Shown piece by piece: positions 44,180-54,933 of a DNA stretch of 64,000 nucleotides. Under the pieces are notes generated by a model that searched no databases, was not told the origin of the DNA, and was given only the letters and a program-made list of their open reading frames with translations. Source of the DNA: Tortispora ganteri (Eukaryota); assembly GCA_003707115.1 (NCBI GenBank), contig PPNB01000002.1, positions 620,001-684,000 of the forward strand, written 5' to 3'. A program made the position numbers and the translations under genes. Position 1 is the stretch's first letter, and the number at the start of each line of letters is the position of its first letter.

Positions 44180-45782
44180 CTCTATACACATTATCCAAAG
44201 CAACCGCTGCATAGAACAGCATCTCACGAATTCTTTTTTTTTATGACTACCAGCACGTATTGAGCAAATTAACGTGCGAAATCTTAAAGAACATTAAAAC
44301 TAACTTGATATACCTGCTACAAGTAGCGAAATATGTATATGTATGACGTAATTCTTTTGCACATATCTGAACTTGCCAATATTTCTTATTTGGGAAGTCG
44401 GTTGTAACTGTCAAAACAGAGCTTGATTTCCACCCTTAAACCGTTAGTGCCGAAACATACCGAACGATAATTTTACTTGCTTTGCACCTACCACATTGTA
44501 AATTAAGCATGAATATAATTTTGTAAATTTCATTTTTTAATGCCTTGAAAGAGCGATTCTAGCTATTGTGCTAGCGGGAAGGATACATTACGTCAATTGC
44601 TGCAGCTACACGCAACACGCACTTGCGAGTTCTTCTTTAGGCTAGTATTGTTTAAATTCAAAATATCTTGTGCGAAATCACATGCGAACAAATCGAAAAA
44701 CATAAAAAGCTCAACTATAATATCTGAGTCTTAATAATGAGTATTCGCTTCACCTCGATGGTCTACATTATCATTGACCACATGCTTTCTCAAACCGTAC
44801 CGCTAGCTTTTATATGACAACAAACAAACTATGAATTTATGATTTGCTCTCATACATAATGTTGTCATTCATATCAGTTAATTTGGGCTATAATTCATGG
44901 TATACGCTATTATTGCAGACGATAAGGGTTCTTTATGTCGGATAATACTGTTAATACGGCTATGAAAGTTCCAAAAAATTGGCGAATCGTTACCTTTTAA
45001 CCTTATTTATGGAAGAACGTTTACGAGCCATGTTTGGTATTTAAGGTTTTCATAGTAGCCATTTTCAGCCTCTTACCCTTCGGTTTGGAGGGGCTAGCTA
45101 GTATTTAAGCTTTAGCCATTTTAATGGTTGCACACACACCAACAAAACCTTCAACTTCAACTCTACTTTACCTTCTCGCTCCCCTTTCAACTTTCTTCTT
45201 CTGTTCACCTTGATAAACAGCATCTTATTTGATCGCTTTTGAGGTTGCTGCTGATATATACTTCCAAGTTTTTATTAAACAGCTACAGAAGCACTTATTT
45301 TCGTACTCTTATAACCCTACGCTAATATATATTTGCTTCTATTTCATTGCCATTACGAAGTCACTGGCCCCCCTTGTCAAATTTCTCCTTGCCTTATCAC
45401 CATCAGGCAAACTCAATTATCAGACGCTTAGGCAAAAAGTTTCTGATTTACGTGGTTTTGTGCTTCCAATTTGCGCTTTCCAGAAAAGTAACTACCTTTT
45501 ACTCCAATAACAACACGTCGTTTGGTCCGGTTCAACTGGATTCGCCAACTTGTACGCAATTACTACATCACCGCCAAATTACTAAGGTTTTACTGGTAAG
45601 GTTCATTCATATTTGAATTTTAACCCCGGGTCTTTATTATATTTTGGGGATTATTTGCTTATTCGGTTTCTTCTCCCCATTGTTCCTATTTGGTGACTCA
45701 GCCTTTGCGGTTCTTACTCACATATCCTTCGCGTTTCGGGAAAATTATAAGCCTGCTTTGTTATATCGGTTAGTTGCAAATA

Positions 45783-47660
45783 ATGTCTTACTCTCGCCCT
45801 ATGATACATCCTAGTGCTCATGGGCAACGGGTAAACGAGTTGTTGGACGCAATCAAACATGAATTCGATTCTATAACCTCGGAAGCATCTGTTTATAGAA
45901 TGCACAAAGATGAGTTGGACCATAAATCATCTCAACAAGTTCACGAAATGCAACAAATTCGTCAAACTATTTACGACTTGGAAACTGCGCACCGTAAAAT
46001 GCAAGAACGTTATGATGAAGAAGTCGCTCGTCTTAAGCGCGAGCTAGAGAACGCTCTCGCCTCGAGCGGTTCCTCTGGTCAGGGACAAACTCAACGCCAG
46101 CAACCCGTCCCAATGCCACATCCTCCTGTATTGAGACACTTCAACACTGTCTTTGGTGGAATTATGGGAAACCAGAGTAATGGCACCAACCAACCTCCGA
46201 CTCACCCTTCTCAACCACAGCAGCCGCAACAACAGGTGCAACAGTTGCAGCAGCCACAACTACAGCTTCACCAACAGCAGCAACTGCAACAACATCAGCA
46301 GCAACAGCAATTACAACAACGGCTGCCTCCTCAGCCTCAACAATCTCAACAACAGTTGCCGCAATCACAATCTCAACAAACCTTGCACCCTCAGCAACCT
46401 CCTCAACAAGCTATCACAGGTTCAGTAGATCAGCCTATGCCTCAAGCATCAAACTCTTCTACGGGCCCTGATGGTCCTCCTATAGTCGATAGTGGGTATT
46501 ATAATGCTTATCCACCTGGAAATAAGTCTGCTGTTGCAGATGCCACGGGGACTAGTAACGTCAATGTCCCAGGCAGTGCGCGTGCTTCTGGCCGGCCTGA
46601 AGAAAAAGCAGAAATTGCTCATGACGGAGCTGCTTCTGATCCGGATAAACTGTATAAGAAGCATGAGGGTGATTGGTACGTATTGTATAACCCACAGGCT
46701 CCGCGAGTACTCGATGTCAACTTAGTTCATACTCTGGAACATTCTTCTGTTGTTTGTTGTGTGCGTTTCAGTGCTGATGGTAAATTTGTTGCTACTGGAT
46801 GCAATTTTTCTGCTCAAATATTTGACGTTCAAACAGGTCAGAGAATCTGTGTATTGCTTGCTGATAAAGGCAATCGTGAAGGAGATCTGTACATTCGTTC
46901 TGTTTGTTTCTCACCAGATGGCCGCTATTTAGCGACTGGGGCTGAGGATTGTCAGATCCGGGTCTGGGACATAAAAACGAAAACTATTCAGCATGTGTTT
47001 AAAGGACATGAGCAAGATATTTATTCATTGGATTTTGCGCGAGATGGAAGACGCATTGCTTCTGGATCCGGTGACCGCACTGTGCGACTGTGGGATTTAG
47101 ATAACCAAAATTGTCTTCTTACCCTAACTATTGAAGACGGTGTGACAACCGTAGCGATTAGTCCTGACGGCCGATTCATTGCGGCTGGATCACTGGATAA
47201 CAGTGTTCGTATATGGGATGCTAATACTGGTCTTTTAGTTGAAAGGCTGGAAGCGCCAGGAGGACATTTGAACTCTGTATATTCCGTTGCATTTGCGCCT
47301 AATGGAAAAGATCTTGTCTCTGCGTCGCTTGATAAAACCATCAAGTACTGGGAATTGCAATCGGCTAGAGGGCTTCCTACGCATCAGGGAGGTGTTTGCA
47401 CCAGAACTTTTACGGGACACAACGACTTTGTTTTATCTGTTGCATTGACACCTGATGGACATTGGGTGTTTTCAGGAAGCAAAGATCGATGTGTGCAATT
47501 TTGGGACCCCGTAACGGGACAGAACCAATTGATTTTGCAAGGACACAAGAATTCTGTTATTTCAGTTGCCCCTTCGCCTGCTGGGCATCTTTTTGCAACT
47601 GGATCCGGCGACTGTCGCGCCCGTATATGGCATTATACCTATGTCGATGGACGGAGGTGA
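45783..47660 (+). CDS. TUP1: General transcriptional corepressor Tup1
   Basis: N-terminal RVNELLDAIKHEF coiled coil, a polyQ linker and WD40 repeats (HSSVVCCVRFSADG, DLYIRSVCFSPDG, GHEQDIYSLDF). Confidence 0.97.
   Translation: MSYSRPMIHPSAHGQRVNELLDAIKHEFDSITSEASVYRMHKDELDHKSSQQVHEMQQIRQTIYDLETAHRKMQERYDEEVARLKRELENALASSGSSGQGQTQRQQPVPMPHPPVLRHFNTVFGGIMGNQSNGTNQPPTHPSQPQQPQQQVQQLQQPQLQLHQQQQLQQHQQQQQLQQRLPPQPQQSQQQLPQSQSQQTLHPQQPPQQAITGSVDQPMPQASNSSTGPDGPPIVDSGYYNAYPPGNKSAVADATGTSNVNVPGSARASGRPEEKAEIAHDGAASDPDKLYKKHEGDWYVLYNPQAPRVLDVNLVHTLEHSSVVCCVRFSADGKFVATGCNFSAQIFDVQTGQRICVLLADKGNREGDLYIRSVCFSPDGRYLATGAEDCQIRVWDIKTKTIQHVFKGHEQDIYSLDFARDGRRIASGSGDRTVRLWDLDNQNCLLTLTIEDGVTTVAISPDGRFIAAGSLDNSVRIWDANTGLLVERLEAPGGHLNSVYSVAFAPNGKDLVSASLDKTIKYWELQSARGLPTHQGGVCTRTFTGHNDFVLSVALTPDGHWVFSGSKDRCVQFWDPVTGQNQLILQGHKNSVISVAPSPAGHLFATGSGDCRARIWHYTYVDGRR
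46212..46410 (+). repeat. Q/P-rich CAA/CAG coding repeat in TUP1
   Basis: Imperfect CAG/CAA runs. Confidence 0.85.
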
Positions 47661-48326
47661 TTGAAAGAAATCAAATAACAAGTGTAAATTATCTATCCGA
47701 GTTCGCGTTTCTTGGTTGAAGACTGTCGTGAAGACCGCGAGCCATCCCCCCGCTCCGCAATACATAAACGCATTTGTTACCAGCTCTTCTGCTACCCGTT
47801 GCACTTGAAAATCCTTGTCTTTTTTTTTTTTTTTGGTCACGAACAGTAATAATTATGCCAAAGAGTAGTTTGCTTTTTCTTTCAAGATCGGACTTGCCCA
47901 CGTTTCTCTAGGTCTCTCCACCATCACGTGACTGAATACCCTTAACTGACATAATTATCGGCTAAATTGCTAACTGTATTTACACCCCCCACCATCGGTT
48001 ATAATCTGTACACCATCTGAAACTGACGTACTGTGATCAGTGTGACTGTATATTTAAGCCTTTGTTTCCATAGTTTTTCTTGTGGTGCCGTTTGTATCGC
48101 AGGTTATTTACTCGCTCGTGAAGCCTGCTGATTGGCCGGTCTCTTTATCTACCCGAGACCGATCACGGATATCACTACCGTCGTAATCACAAGTCCAACC
48201 TTTTTTCAAGCGCAGCAGGCTTTTCTGTGCATTAATTTGGCTGTTTTTACGCTTAATAGTATTAATAAAGTGTGTTTTATTCTATTTATAGTATTACTTT
48301 TGTGAATCTTCGAAAGTGGAAACAGT

Positions 48327-49748
48327 ATGGAGTTTTCTGATTTGGATGGCGTCGAGTTTCCCTTTTTTCCAATATCGGAAGATCACGGTCAACCCCTTGA
48401 TCTGAGCTCTGTCTTTAATATTGACGAGTACACCGAGAAAGCTCCTTTGACATTACTCGGAGGTACCTTTGACGTGAATGTGTCTAGCCCTGCACTGTCT
48501 GTGCCGGAAGCGAGCTCTTATCAATCATCCGATGCAGTCTCCACTACGAGTCCCTCTAGCCGCACATCTGGCCAGAAATACAGCCCTACAGTTTTTGAAG
48601 TTTCTTCTCCGCCAATGAACTCATCTGCTGCTGAAAGCTCTCTGGGTGTTAAAATTCAGCCATCGACCGCCATTGCTAGTCCATTTGCGCCTATCACCGC
48701 GCAGACGCAACAGCTGGCAGGTTCCGGTTCTTCTCTGCACGTCAGCGATCTTCCTAGTACATCTGACCGTCAAAGAAATCAGTACTTATCTGGTAAAATC
48801 CAGCGCTCCCTCCCGGGTGACGACAAGCAATTCATCCAGAAGCAAGACCTAGACGTGCATGCAGGAATGCATGCACGTGGCACGCAAGAGAACCCCGACC
48901 AAAGATTCAGCCAGGCCAGTAGATTAGATGTTACTGTGCGTCCTCAAAACTTTGAAAAAATGCAGGTATGTGATCTGTGTGGAGCAGAGTTCAAGAGCCC
49001 CGGCGCTTTTCGAAACCATCGTGCTGGGCACGAGCAAAAGAAACAGTTTATCTGTCGCCTCGGTAACTGTACAAAGGCGTTTACGCAATCAGGAAATCTG
49101 AGGTCTCATCAGATAAAGATTCACGGTGATATCGTCAGACAGCTTACTCAGCGCTTCGAGCGTTACTCGGAAGATCGGCTGGTCGAACTTCCACCTAATG
49201 AAAGAGACTTGTTTTTATATTTTATAGGCATCCACAGGAGATCTCGTGGGCCCAAGCCGCGAAATCGCGACGCCTCTTTAAGTTTCAGAACGACGTATCC
49301 TAATACAGCCGGTGTAAGGCATATACAAACGATTGGCATGTCCTCTATGGGTGTATCCGATTCAATGACTACTACTACGCGTTCTGGTGACGCGAATGAT
49401 ATACCCCAATACGATTTAGCTACTATTGTGGATGGAGTGGATTTATTGAGTGAATTCGAGTATGGACTGAAAGAGTACTATGCCCAACCTGCTGGTGCAA
49501 GTAGAGTTGCAGAGCCAACTCGCCAGTCGGAGCCGAGTTTAGCGAAGTCTGCTCGTATGACCTACATTAGACCTGACAGAGTTGTTGAGTCATCACTGGT
49601 TGGTGGACTTAATAATGATGTTGGTGGACTAATAATTCCACAAGAGCAACTGGATGGTTTACGACATACAAATGCAAGGTATATTATGCCTTCGCCTAAT
49701 GGAATGACCAATCCCGAATTTGACTATTTCGAAAGCGGTACATTTTGA
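48327..49748 (+). CDS. Azf1-like C2H2 transcription factor with two intact fingers
   Basis: FICRLGNCTKAFTQSGNLRSHQIKIH followed by LTQRF...ERDLFLYF, which matches the Azf1 last finger and post-finger helix. Confidence 0.8.
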   Translation: MEFSDLDGVEFPFFPISEDHGQPLDLSSVFNIDEYTEKAPLTLLGGTFDVNVSSPALSVPEASSYQSSDAVSTTSPSSRTSGQKYSPTVFEVSSPPMNSSAAESSLGVKIQPSTAIASPFAPITAQTQQLAGSGSSLHVSDLPSTSDRQRNQYLSGKIQRSLPGDDKQFIQKQDLDVHAGMHARGTQENPDQRFSQASRLDVTVRPQNFEKMQVCDLCGAEFKSPGAFRNHRAGHEQKKQFICRLGNCTKAFTQSGNLRSHQIKIHGDIVRQLTQRFERYSEDRLVELPPNERDLFLYFIGIHRRSRGPKPRNRDASLSFRTTYPNTAGVRHIQTIGMSSMGVSDSMTTTTRSGDANDIPQYDLATIVDGVDLLSEFEYGLKEYYAQPAGASRVAEPTRQSEPSLAKSARMTYIRPDRVVESSLVGGLNNDVGGLIIPQEQLDGLRHTNARYIMPSPNGMTNPEFDYFESGTF

Positions 49749-49846
49749 ATATTTAAAGTGATTTAACTTTCGAATTGGTGCTCTTTATCCGAATTTTTTG
49801 TTGTTATTTTATTTACTTATATATTTCATTCATTCGATATAATAGG

Positions 49847-50704
49847 TCATGTAGTCAAGTAAGATATCGTATTCTCGTAAACGGCGAATGTTATGCAAGT
49901 AGCGGGGAGTACCCTGAGAATATTAGGGCCAATTCCTCTATAGAATCCACGGATGCCTGAGTCTCTATAAACGTTTGATATTGTGCGGGCATAGCGGCCT
50001 TGTGATGAAGATGGAAGAGAATTTTCGTATTGGACTCTTGCACGAACGACCTGATAGGGATACGCTATTGACGAGGATGTTATTTTTGCAAGTGCAGAAA
50101 TCGTCAAAACGTCTAGTGTAGATAAATTGTCAGATTTGGACGCTGTTCTGTAGGCGCGGATATGTTCATAGACTGTAAATTGTAGGGCTGCTTGAGCCAC
50201 ACCAAATATCGATGTAAGGTAGCCTCGCCAGAACCCAGTAATACCTTCTGTATTGTACAGGTCAGCTGCAGTTTGCACAATGCTAGCATATCCAGTATCT
50301 CCGTGCATGGAAGCAAGTACTCTAGTCTTTAGGACCCAAATTGGGCTAGTTATAAAAGATACAAGGAGCCCGGCTAGTCCTGAACTAAGAAAGTATCTTC
50401 CTGTGGGGTCAAGGTCTGCTGAAAATACTTTGAGTCTATCATAAGTGGAGAAATAGAGCGCCCAAGAGAGAGCATTTCCTGTGACATTGAGCCCCACGCC
50501 ACGATACAAACCTTTAAAGAAACCGTACTTAGTTGCAGTTTTGTAAATTGTGTAGTAGCTTGGGTAGGCTGTCTGAGAAAGTACCTGCAAACGGACTTTG
50601 ATGAGATCCAGGGGGTGTACTATCAATGTAGTGGCAATGCCAGCAGATAGACCGGCTATTGCTGACGGATCGATGAGCTGAGAAGACGAGCTCCTAGAAG
50701 ACAT
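49847..50704 (-). CDS. FLX1: Mitochondrial FAD/folate carrier
   Basis: HPLDLIKVRLQ, GNALSWALYF, SPIWVLKTR, YPYQVVRAR and RVLPATCITF motifs. Confidence 0.9.
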   Translation of the reverse strand: MSSRSSSSQLIDPSAIAGLSAGIATTLIVHPLDLIKVRLQVLSQTAYPSYYTIYKTATKYGFFKGLYRGVGLNVTGNALSWALYFSTYDRLKVFSADLDPTGRYFLSSGLAGLLVSFITSPIWVLKTRVLASMHGDTGYASIVQTAADLYNTEGITGFWRGYLTSIFGVAQAALQFTVYEHIRAYRTASKSDNLSTLDVLTISALAKITSSSIAYPYQVVRARVQYENSLPSSSQGRYARTISNVYRDSGIRGFYRGIGPNILRVLPATCITFAVYENTISYLTT

Positions 50705-50753
50705 GAACACATCGAAAATAGAGTTGGGTGAGAGGGGTGTTCAAACATAAGTA

Positions 50754-50786
50754 TGCAAGAGATATACAAGAGATATACAAGAAGAT
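50754..50786. repeat. Short tandem repeat (CAAGAGATATA) x about 2.5 between TOM7 and FLX1
   Basis: gCAAGAGATATA CAAGAGATATA CAAGAagat. Confidence 0.7.
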
Positions 50787-50840
50787 GTGTGTATTTACAA
50801 TCTAAATATAAGAATAAGTAATAGCTTTAGTGGCAGCTAT

Positions 50841-51066
50841 TTACACAGGGAAAGGAGATAAGATGCGGAATAAGTTAGGTTTAGAAGCAGAACCTCTCCA
50901 TCCTAAGTATAGTACAAAGGGTACCCATCCATAGTGAATAGCGATACGCGAAAGGTCCCACAGACGAGCAAGACGTTCCTAAATGTTAGTAAATCAGTTT
51001 TTTTAATATAGAATAAAAAAAAATACTTACTCTTGTTTCTTCTGATAATCCGAGAGAAAATGCCAT
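50841..51066 (-). CDS. TOM7: Mitochondrial import receptor subunit Tom7, 57 aa; exons 51066-51031 and 50978-50841 (not in the ORF track)
   Basis: The spliced product is MAFSLGLSEETRERLARLWDLSRIAIHYGWVPFVLYLGWRGSASKPNLFRILSPFPV. The 52-nt intron reads GTAAGT..TACTAAC..TAG. Confidence 0.96.
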
Positions 51067-51206
51067 AGGTATAATAATGATTGGTCTTAAGAGTTGTTCA
51101 GGTGATGGTTGTTTAAAAAAAATAGCACCAACTTAAAGTAATAATATTGACCAATAAGAGTTCCTCACTTCAATTTTGGTCAATTACCTACTCCACCACT
51201 GACAGA

Positions 51207-52427
51207 ATGGATGAGTGTAATGCAAGGGCATGTATATGGTACTTTACTGAAGGACTTATAATTGGGCAATTATCTATGGTCGTTCTTGTAATTGCCTTTA
51301 TTAGATTTTTTATATTTACTGACGTTCCCGATCCTACACCATCCTTCTTTAGCTATTTGATTCCAAATTTGCGATCTTTCCAGCTCGGTTCAACGCTTTA
51401 TTTTCCTTTCACCAATGAACCTGTGAAATCTGCAGATGTAGCTGTTCCTGAGCAAGAAACTAGTCGCAGAGTTGCAAATACAGCACCTTCAGTACTACGA
51501 CGTACTCCGAAAATGTCCGCCGCTGATATCCTTGAAAAAACCTATTACAATGTATCTGAGCATACGTCTGAATCGCTTGACTGGCTTAATGTCCTGCTCG
51601 CACAAAGTATAGCTAAACTCCGCGACGATGCTCAACAAGACAACAATATTCTTAAGTCACTTAATAATTTCTTGAACAATGAACAGTTCACACCTTCTTT
51701 TGTCAGTAATATCAATATCACCGAACTGTCTATAGGCGACGATTTCCCGATCTTTTCCAATTGCAGAATTTGTCCTAGCAGAGACGACGCAACTCAGCTG
51801 GAAGCATTAATGGATGTAGATCTCATTGATTCAATCACACTAGGAATTGAAACTCGTTTACTTCTGAACTTCCCGGCTCCATTCATGGCAGCTCTCCCTG
51901 TATCCCTGGCTGTCACACTTAGTCGCTTTTCTGGCACTCTCACTGCCTCCCTCAAACACGCCACAGACGATGGTAAAACTGCATTCACATTCTCATTTAG
52001 ACCTGACTACCAAGTGGAATTTAGTATACGTTCCCTTATAGGTTCCAGATCAAGAATTCAAGATGTCCCTAAAATATCTCAAATTGTCGAATCTAGAATT
52101 AAAAAATGGTTTAATGAACGCTGCGTTCAACCAAGATTCCAAGAAATTTCACTACCCTCTATGTGGCCACGCAGTAAAAACACTCGCCAGCAGTCACAAT
52201 CCTACGCTACTCGTCCTTTTCAATTCTCTCCTTCTTCTGCATCTGCAACTGTTTCGGCTTCAACCTCACCTGTCATAGACTCGACTCCAACATCTCCCGA
52301 GTTTTCTCCTGATATGCGACCGTTATATAGCCCTTCATCTGCACCTACAAACGGCAGAAGCACAGCTGTTGAACAGCTCGATCTTTCTAGCCAAAATTTA
52401 CGACCAACGCACCTGCATGCACAATAG
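51207..52427 (+). CDS. MMM1: ERMES subunit Mmm1 (SMP domain)
   Basis: FTEGLIIGQLS, ESLDWLNVLLAQ, GDDFPIFSNC, SLIGSRS and LPSMWPRSKNTR motifs. Confidence 0.95.
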   Translation: MDECNARACIWYFTEGLIIGQLSMVVLVIAFIRFFIFTDVPDPTPSFFSYLIPNLRSFQLGSTLYFPFTNEPVKSADVAVPEQETSRRVANTAPSVLRRTPKMSAADILEKTYYNVSEHTSESLDWLNVLLAQSIAKLRDDAQQDNNILKSLNNFLNNEQFTPSFVSNINITELSIGDDFPIFSNCRICPSRDDATQLEALMDVDLIDSITLGIETRLLLNFPAPFMAALPVSLAVTLSRFSGTLTASLKHATDDGKTAFTFSFRPDYQVEFSIRSLIGSRSRIQDVPKISQIVESRIKKWFNERCVQPRFQEISLPSMWPRSKNTRQQSQSYATRPFQFSPSSASATVSASTSPVIDSTPTSPEFSPDMRPLYSPSSAPTNGRSTAVEQLDLSSQNLRPTHLHAQ

Positions 52428-52505
52428 TTTACCGCTCGAACAAACTCTGACGGCTTTTTTCCTTTATTATTATTACTACAATAACGGAAATTCGATTTTC
52501 GCTCA

Positions 52506-54827
52506 TTATACCTTCTCCAACAAAGCCTTCAATTCCGGGTTAGACAAGTCTAACTCATTTATCTTTGGTTTGATCGAGGAAAGCGATTTGCTGTACCTCC
52601 GTATAAGACTTCGAGCTTGGTTCAGTTTCCACCATCTCACCCATTCGTCTTTTTCTTCTTTCAGTGCTTTATCGCTATCCTGTAAAATAAATGACATGAT
52701 CTCCTGAAATTGTTCCTCGTTTTCAGAACTGGTTACTGCATTAAGCAGTCTCACAATAAGTTCCCAAATATTGAGAGACCCAATGAGCATAGACTCATAC
52801 AATTGAATAGATCTCACTTCATCATATTCATAATCTGAAGATGAATGACCAAATATCCAATGTAATATATCAATAGTATCAATTAAATTGAACGCTGCAA
52901 ATTTTTCAACTATCTGAACTCCCACACCAGGCGAATCTTTCCAGAAATTCATAATACTATCAATAGCTGTAACTCTCAACTCACTTTCCGTTCCAATGAC
53001 AGCCATTAAACTCGACAGTGATCTTTCGATGCATCGAGAAGCATGAGATAACGATCGTGATCCAAGAAAACATACACTGGAAACAATAATTCTTATCAAA
53101 AGGCTCTCCGGTGAACTTTCATTTACTAGCTGTTGCTTCACCTCCTCGAAAATCTCTTTCATTTCGGCCGGTTCTTTGCGTTCTTTAATTCCTTCTAATA
53201 CCTTTTGCCCTTGCTCATGATATTTGTAGTCGTCCTTGCCGTATTTGAACTCGACATCACCTCCGTCAATAACAAAACTGGTAAATTCGGGCGGTAAAGT
53301 CTCCAAAATTCGCTGAGGGAAACTGAGTCGCACTTCTTTAGCTATTACTTCGCGTATAGCAAGACGACGAGGATGAAATTCCGGTAATTCAAGAGCGCTA
53401 GCCCATTCAGCCCATCGCCAGGTATATGTGAAGTTGCTCAAGTGGTGTCCGAACCAGCTGATATACCGCATGAATATGTCAACATCAAATTGATGGAGGT
53501 TGTTGAAAATGTTTCGTATAGCGCGACCAAAAACAGGTGCTATAGCGACAGGTGCAAGCATACAAAGCTCTATCAGAACTGAGTGATAATATACAGGTGT
53601 CAAAACTGGTTTAGGCAATCTAAGAAGTTGGTTGAACACCGTGTCTGCAACGAAATCCTCTATTTTCCATGTAGGGCCTTCAGGGCTAATAGCATCAAGA
53701 GTGGTGGCTGGAGGAACAAAGAAAGACGGTTTGAAAAAGAGGTCTAATGAAGTGATAAGTCTGGCGACCTCCATTCTATTAAAATCTAGGTTTTCCAGCA
53801 AGTCCACGGCATTGTCACGTAATAAGGTACAAGCAAACTGCTCAAACTGGGGTGTAGTTTCAATTGGCTGGGGAGAGAACAGTCTGAAAACAAATTCTCC
53901 ATATTTGCTGCCATGACCTTCAGACGGTTTCATGTCACCAACTTCAGGCAAATCAATCTCATCAAGCTTGAAAATGCTGTCCGACAACTTCACCTGCTCG
54001 GCAGACCAAGGTGTAGGCAAAATCTCAACATTCCATTGATTTTGATCGACCTCTTTTAGTTGTTCTAATAGCGACTGGAATACGTCGACGGCGGTGGACT
54101 GGTATGTCTTTTCTTCAGATTCTGGATATTCCACATAGGGGTAGTTCAGAGAATCGGAAGAGACGTTAGTGAACGGCAGGTTGGCAATGGATTTGTATAA
54201 CTCAGATACTTTCGCCACAGTTTCCTCAGATCTATGGCCCAAAACTATATATGGTAGTGTCATAAGTATCACATATGATACCTGTCTTAGCAAAGTCTGG
54301 TCAGAAATGGTCGATAAGATGCCTGTTAGCTTGTCGACGAAAGCCAGGAGACTGTCACTGTCAAGGAGACCCGGCTGTAAACATGCAGCAAACCGTAAAT
54401 ATAGCTTCAAATCGTTCCATAAGCTGCCCTGCAAAGCATTTTTAATAGATTGATTCATTTCGTCGACGATTGCTTGACCTACTTTGGGTTCAATAGCAGC
54501 CGCGCTCATTATTGTCGTCGCAATCAAAGGGATCTTAAACGACTGTTCTTTGCAAAGAACGAAAACAAATTTTTTATTAGATAATTCAATTTCAGGCAAA
54601 AACATGTCTTTAGGGATATTTTGAATTACCCTAGATATATGATCGTAAACATCTTCGTCGGTATCATCACCTATGCTCGCTAATCCACGTCTAAATCTAA
54701 TCTGTGCCTGCTTCCATACAGGCCGTCTAGGTCGATTAAACGTGCGATTATTTTCATAATTATCTCTTCTAATATCTTGCGGTTCATAGTCATATGACCG
54801 TTTCGTGCCCCGATTGTAGTCAGACAT
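52506..54827 (-). CDS. STO1: Nuclear cap-binding complex large subunit Cbp80
   Basis: Basic N-terminal NLS, then YYHSVLIELC, IAPVFGRAIR, WFGHHLSNF and GSRSLSH motifs. First ATG at 54827. Confidence 0.93.
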   Translation of the reverse strand: MSDYNRGTKRSYDYEPQDIRRDNYENNRTFNRPRRPVWKQAQIRFRRGLASIGDDTDEDVYDHISRVIQNIPKDMFLPEIELSNKKFVFVLCKEQSFKIPLIATTIMSAAAIEPKVGQAIVDEMNQSIKNALQGSLWNDLKLYLRFAACLQPGLLDSDSLLAFVDKLTGILSTISDQTLLRQVSYVILMTLPYIVLGHRSEETVAKVSELYKSIANLPFTNVSSDSLNYPYVEYPESEEKTYQSTAVDVFQSLLEQLKEVDQNQWNVEILPTPWSAEQVKLSDSIFKLDEIDLPEVGDMKPSEGHGSKYGEFVFRLFSPQPIETTPQFEQFACTLLRDNAVDLLENLDFNRMEVARLITSLDLFFKPSFFVPPATTLDAISPEGPTWKIEDFVADTVFNQLLRLPKPVLTPVYYHSVLIELCMLAPVAIAPVFGRAIRNIFNNLHQFDVDIFMRYISWFGHHLSNFTYTWRWAEWASALELPEFHPRRLAIREVIAKEVRLSFPQRILETLPPEFTSFVIDGGDVEFKYGKDDYKYHEQGQKVLEGIKERKEPAEMKEIFEEVKQQLVNESSPESLLIRIIVSSVCFLGSRSLSHASRCIERSLSSLMAVIGTESELRVTAIDSIMNFWKDSPGVGVQIVEKFAAFNLIDTIDILHWIFGHSSSDYEYDEVRSIQLYESMLIGSLNIWELIVRLLNAVTSSENEEQFQEIMSFILQDSDKALKEEKDEWVRWWKLNQARSLIRRYSKSLSSIKPKINELDLSNPELKALLEKV

Positions 54828-54933
54828 CTGGTCTTTTTGTTTTTTTTTTCCTTTTTTTGGTGAGTTGTGATCGAAGGTGAAGTGTACTACATCGTATCCT
54901 TCCCAGCAAGGATGTGCCCTCCCCACAGCTTGT

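Noticed and set aside
45229..45616. ORFs upstream of TUP1
   Set aside because: Non-ATG starts in a pyrimidine-rich leader or promoter region, with no family features.
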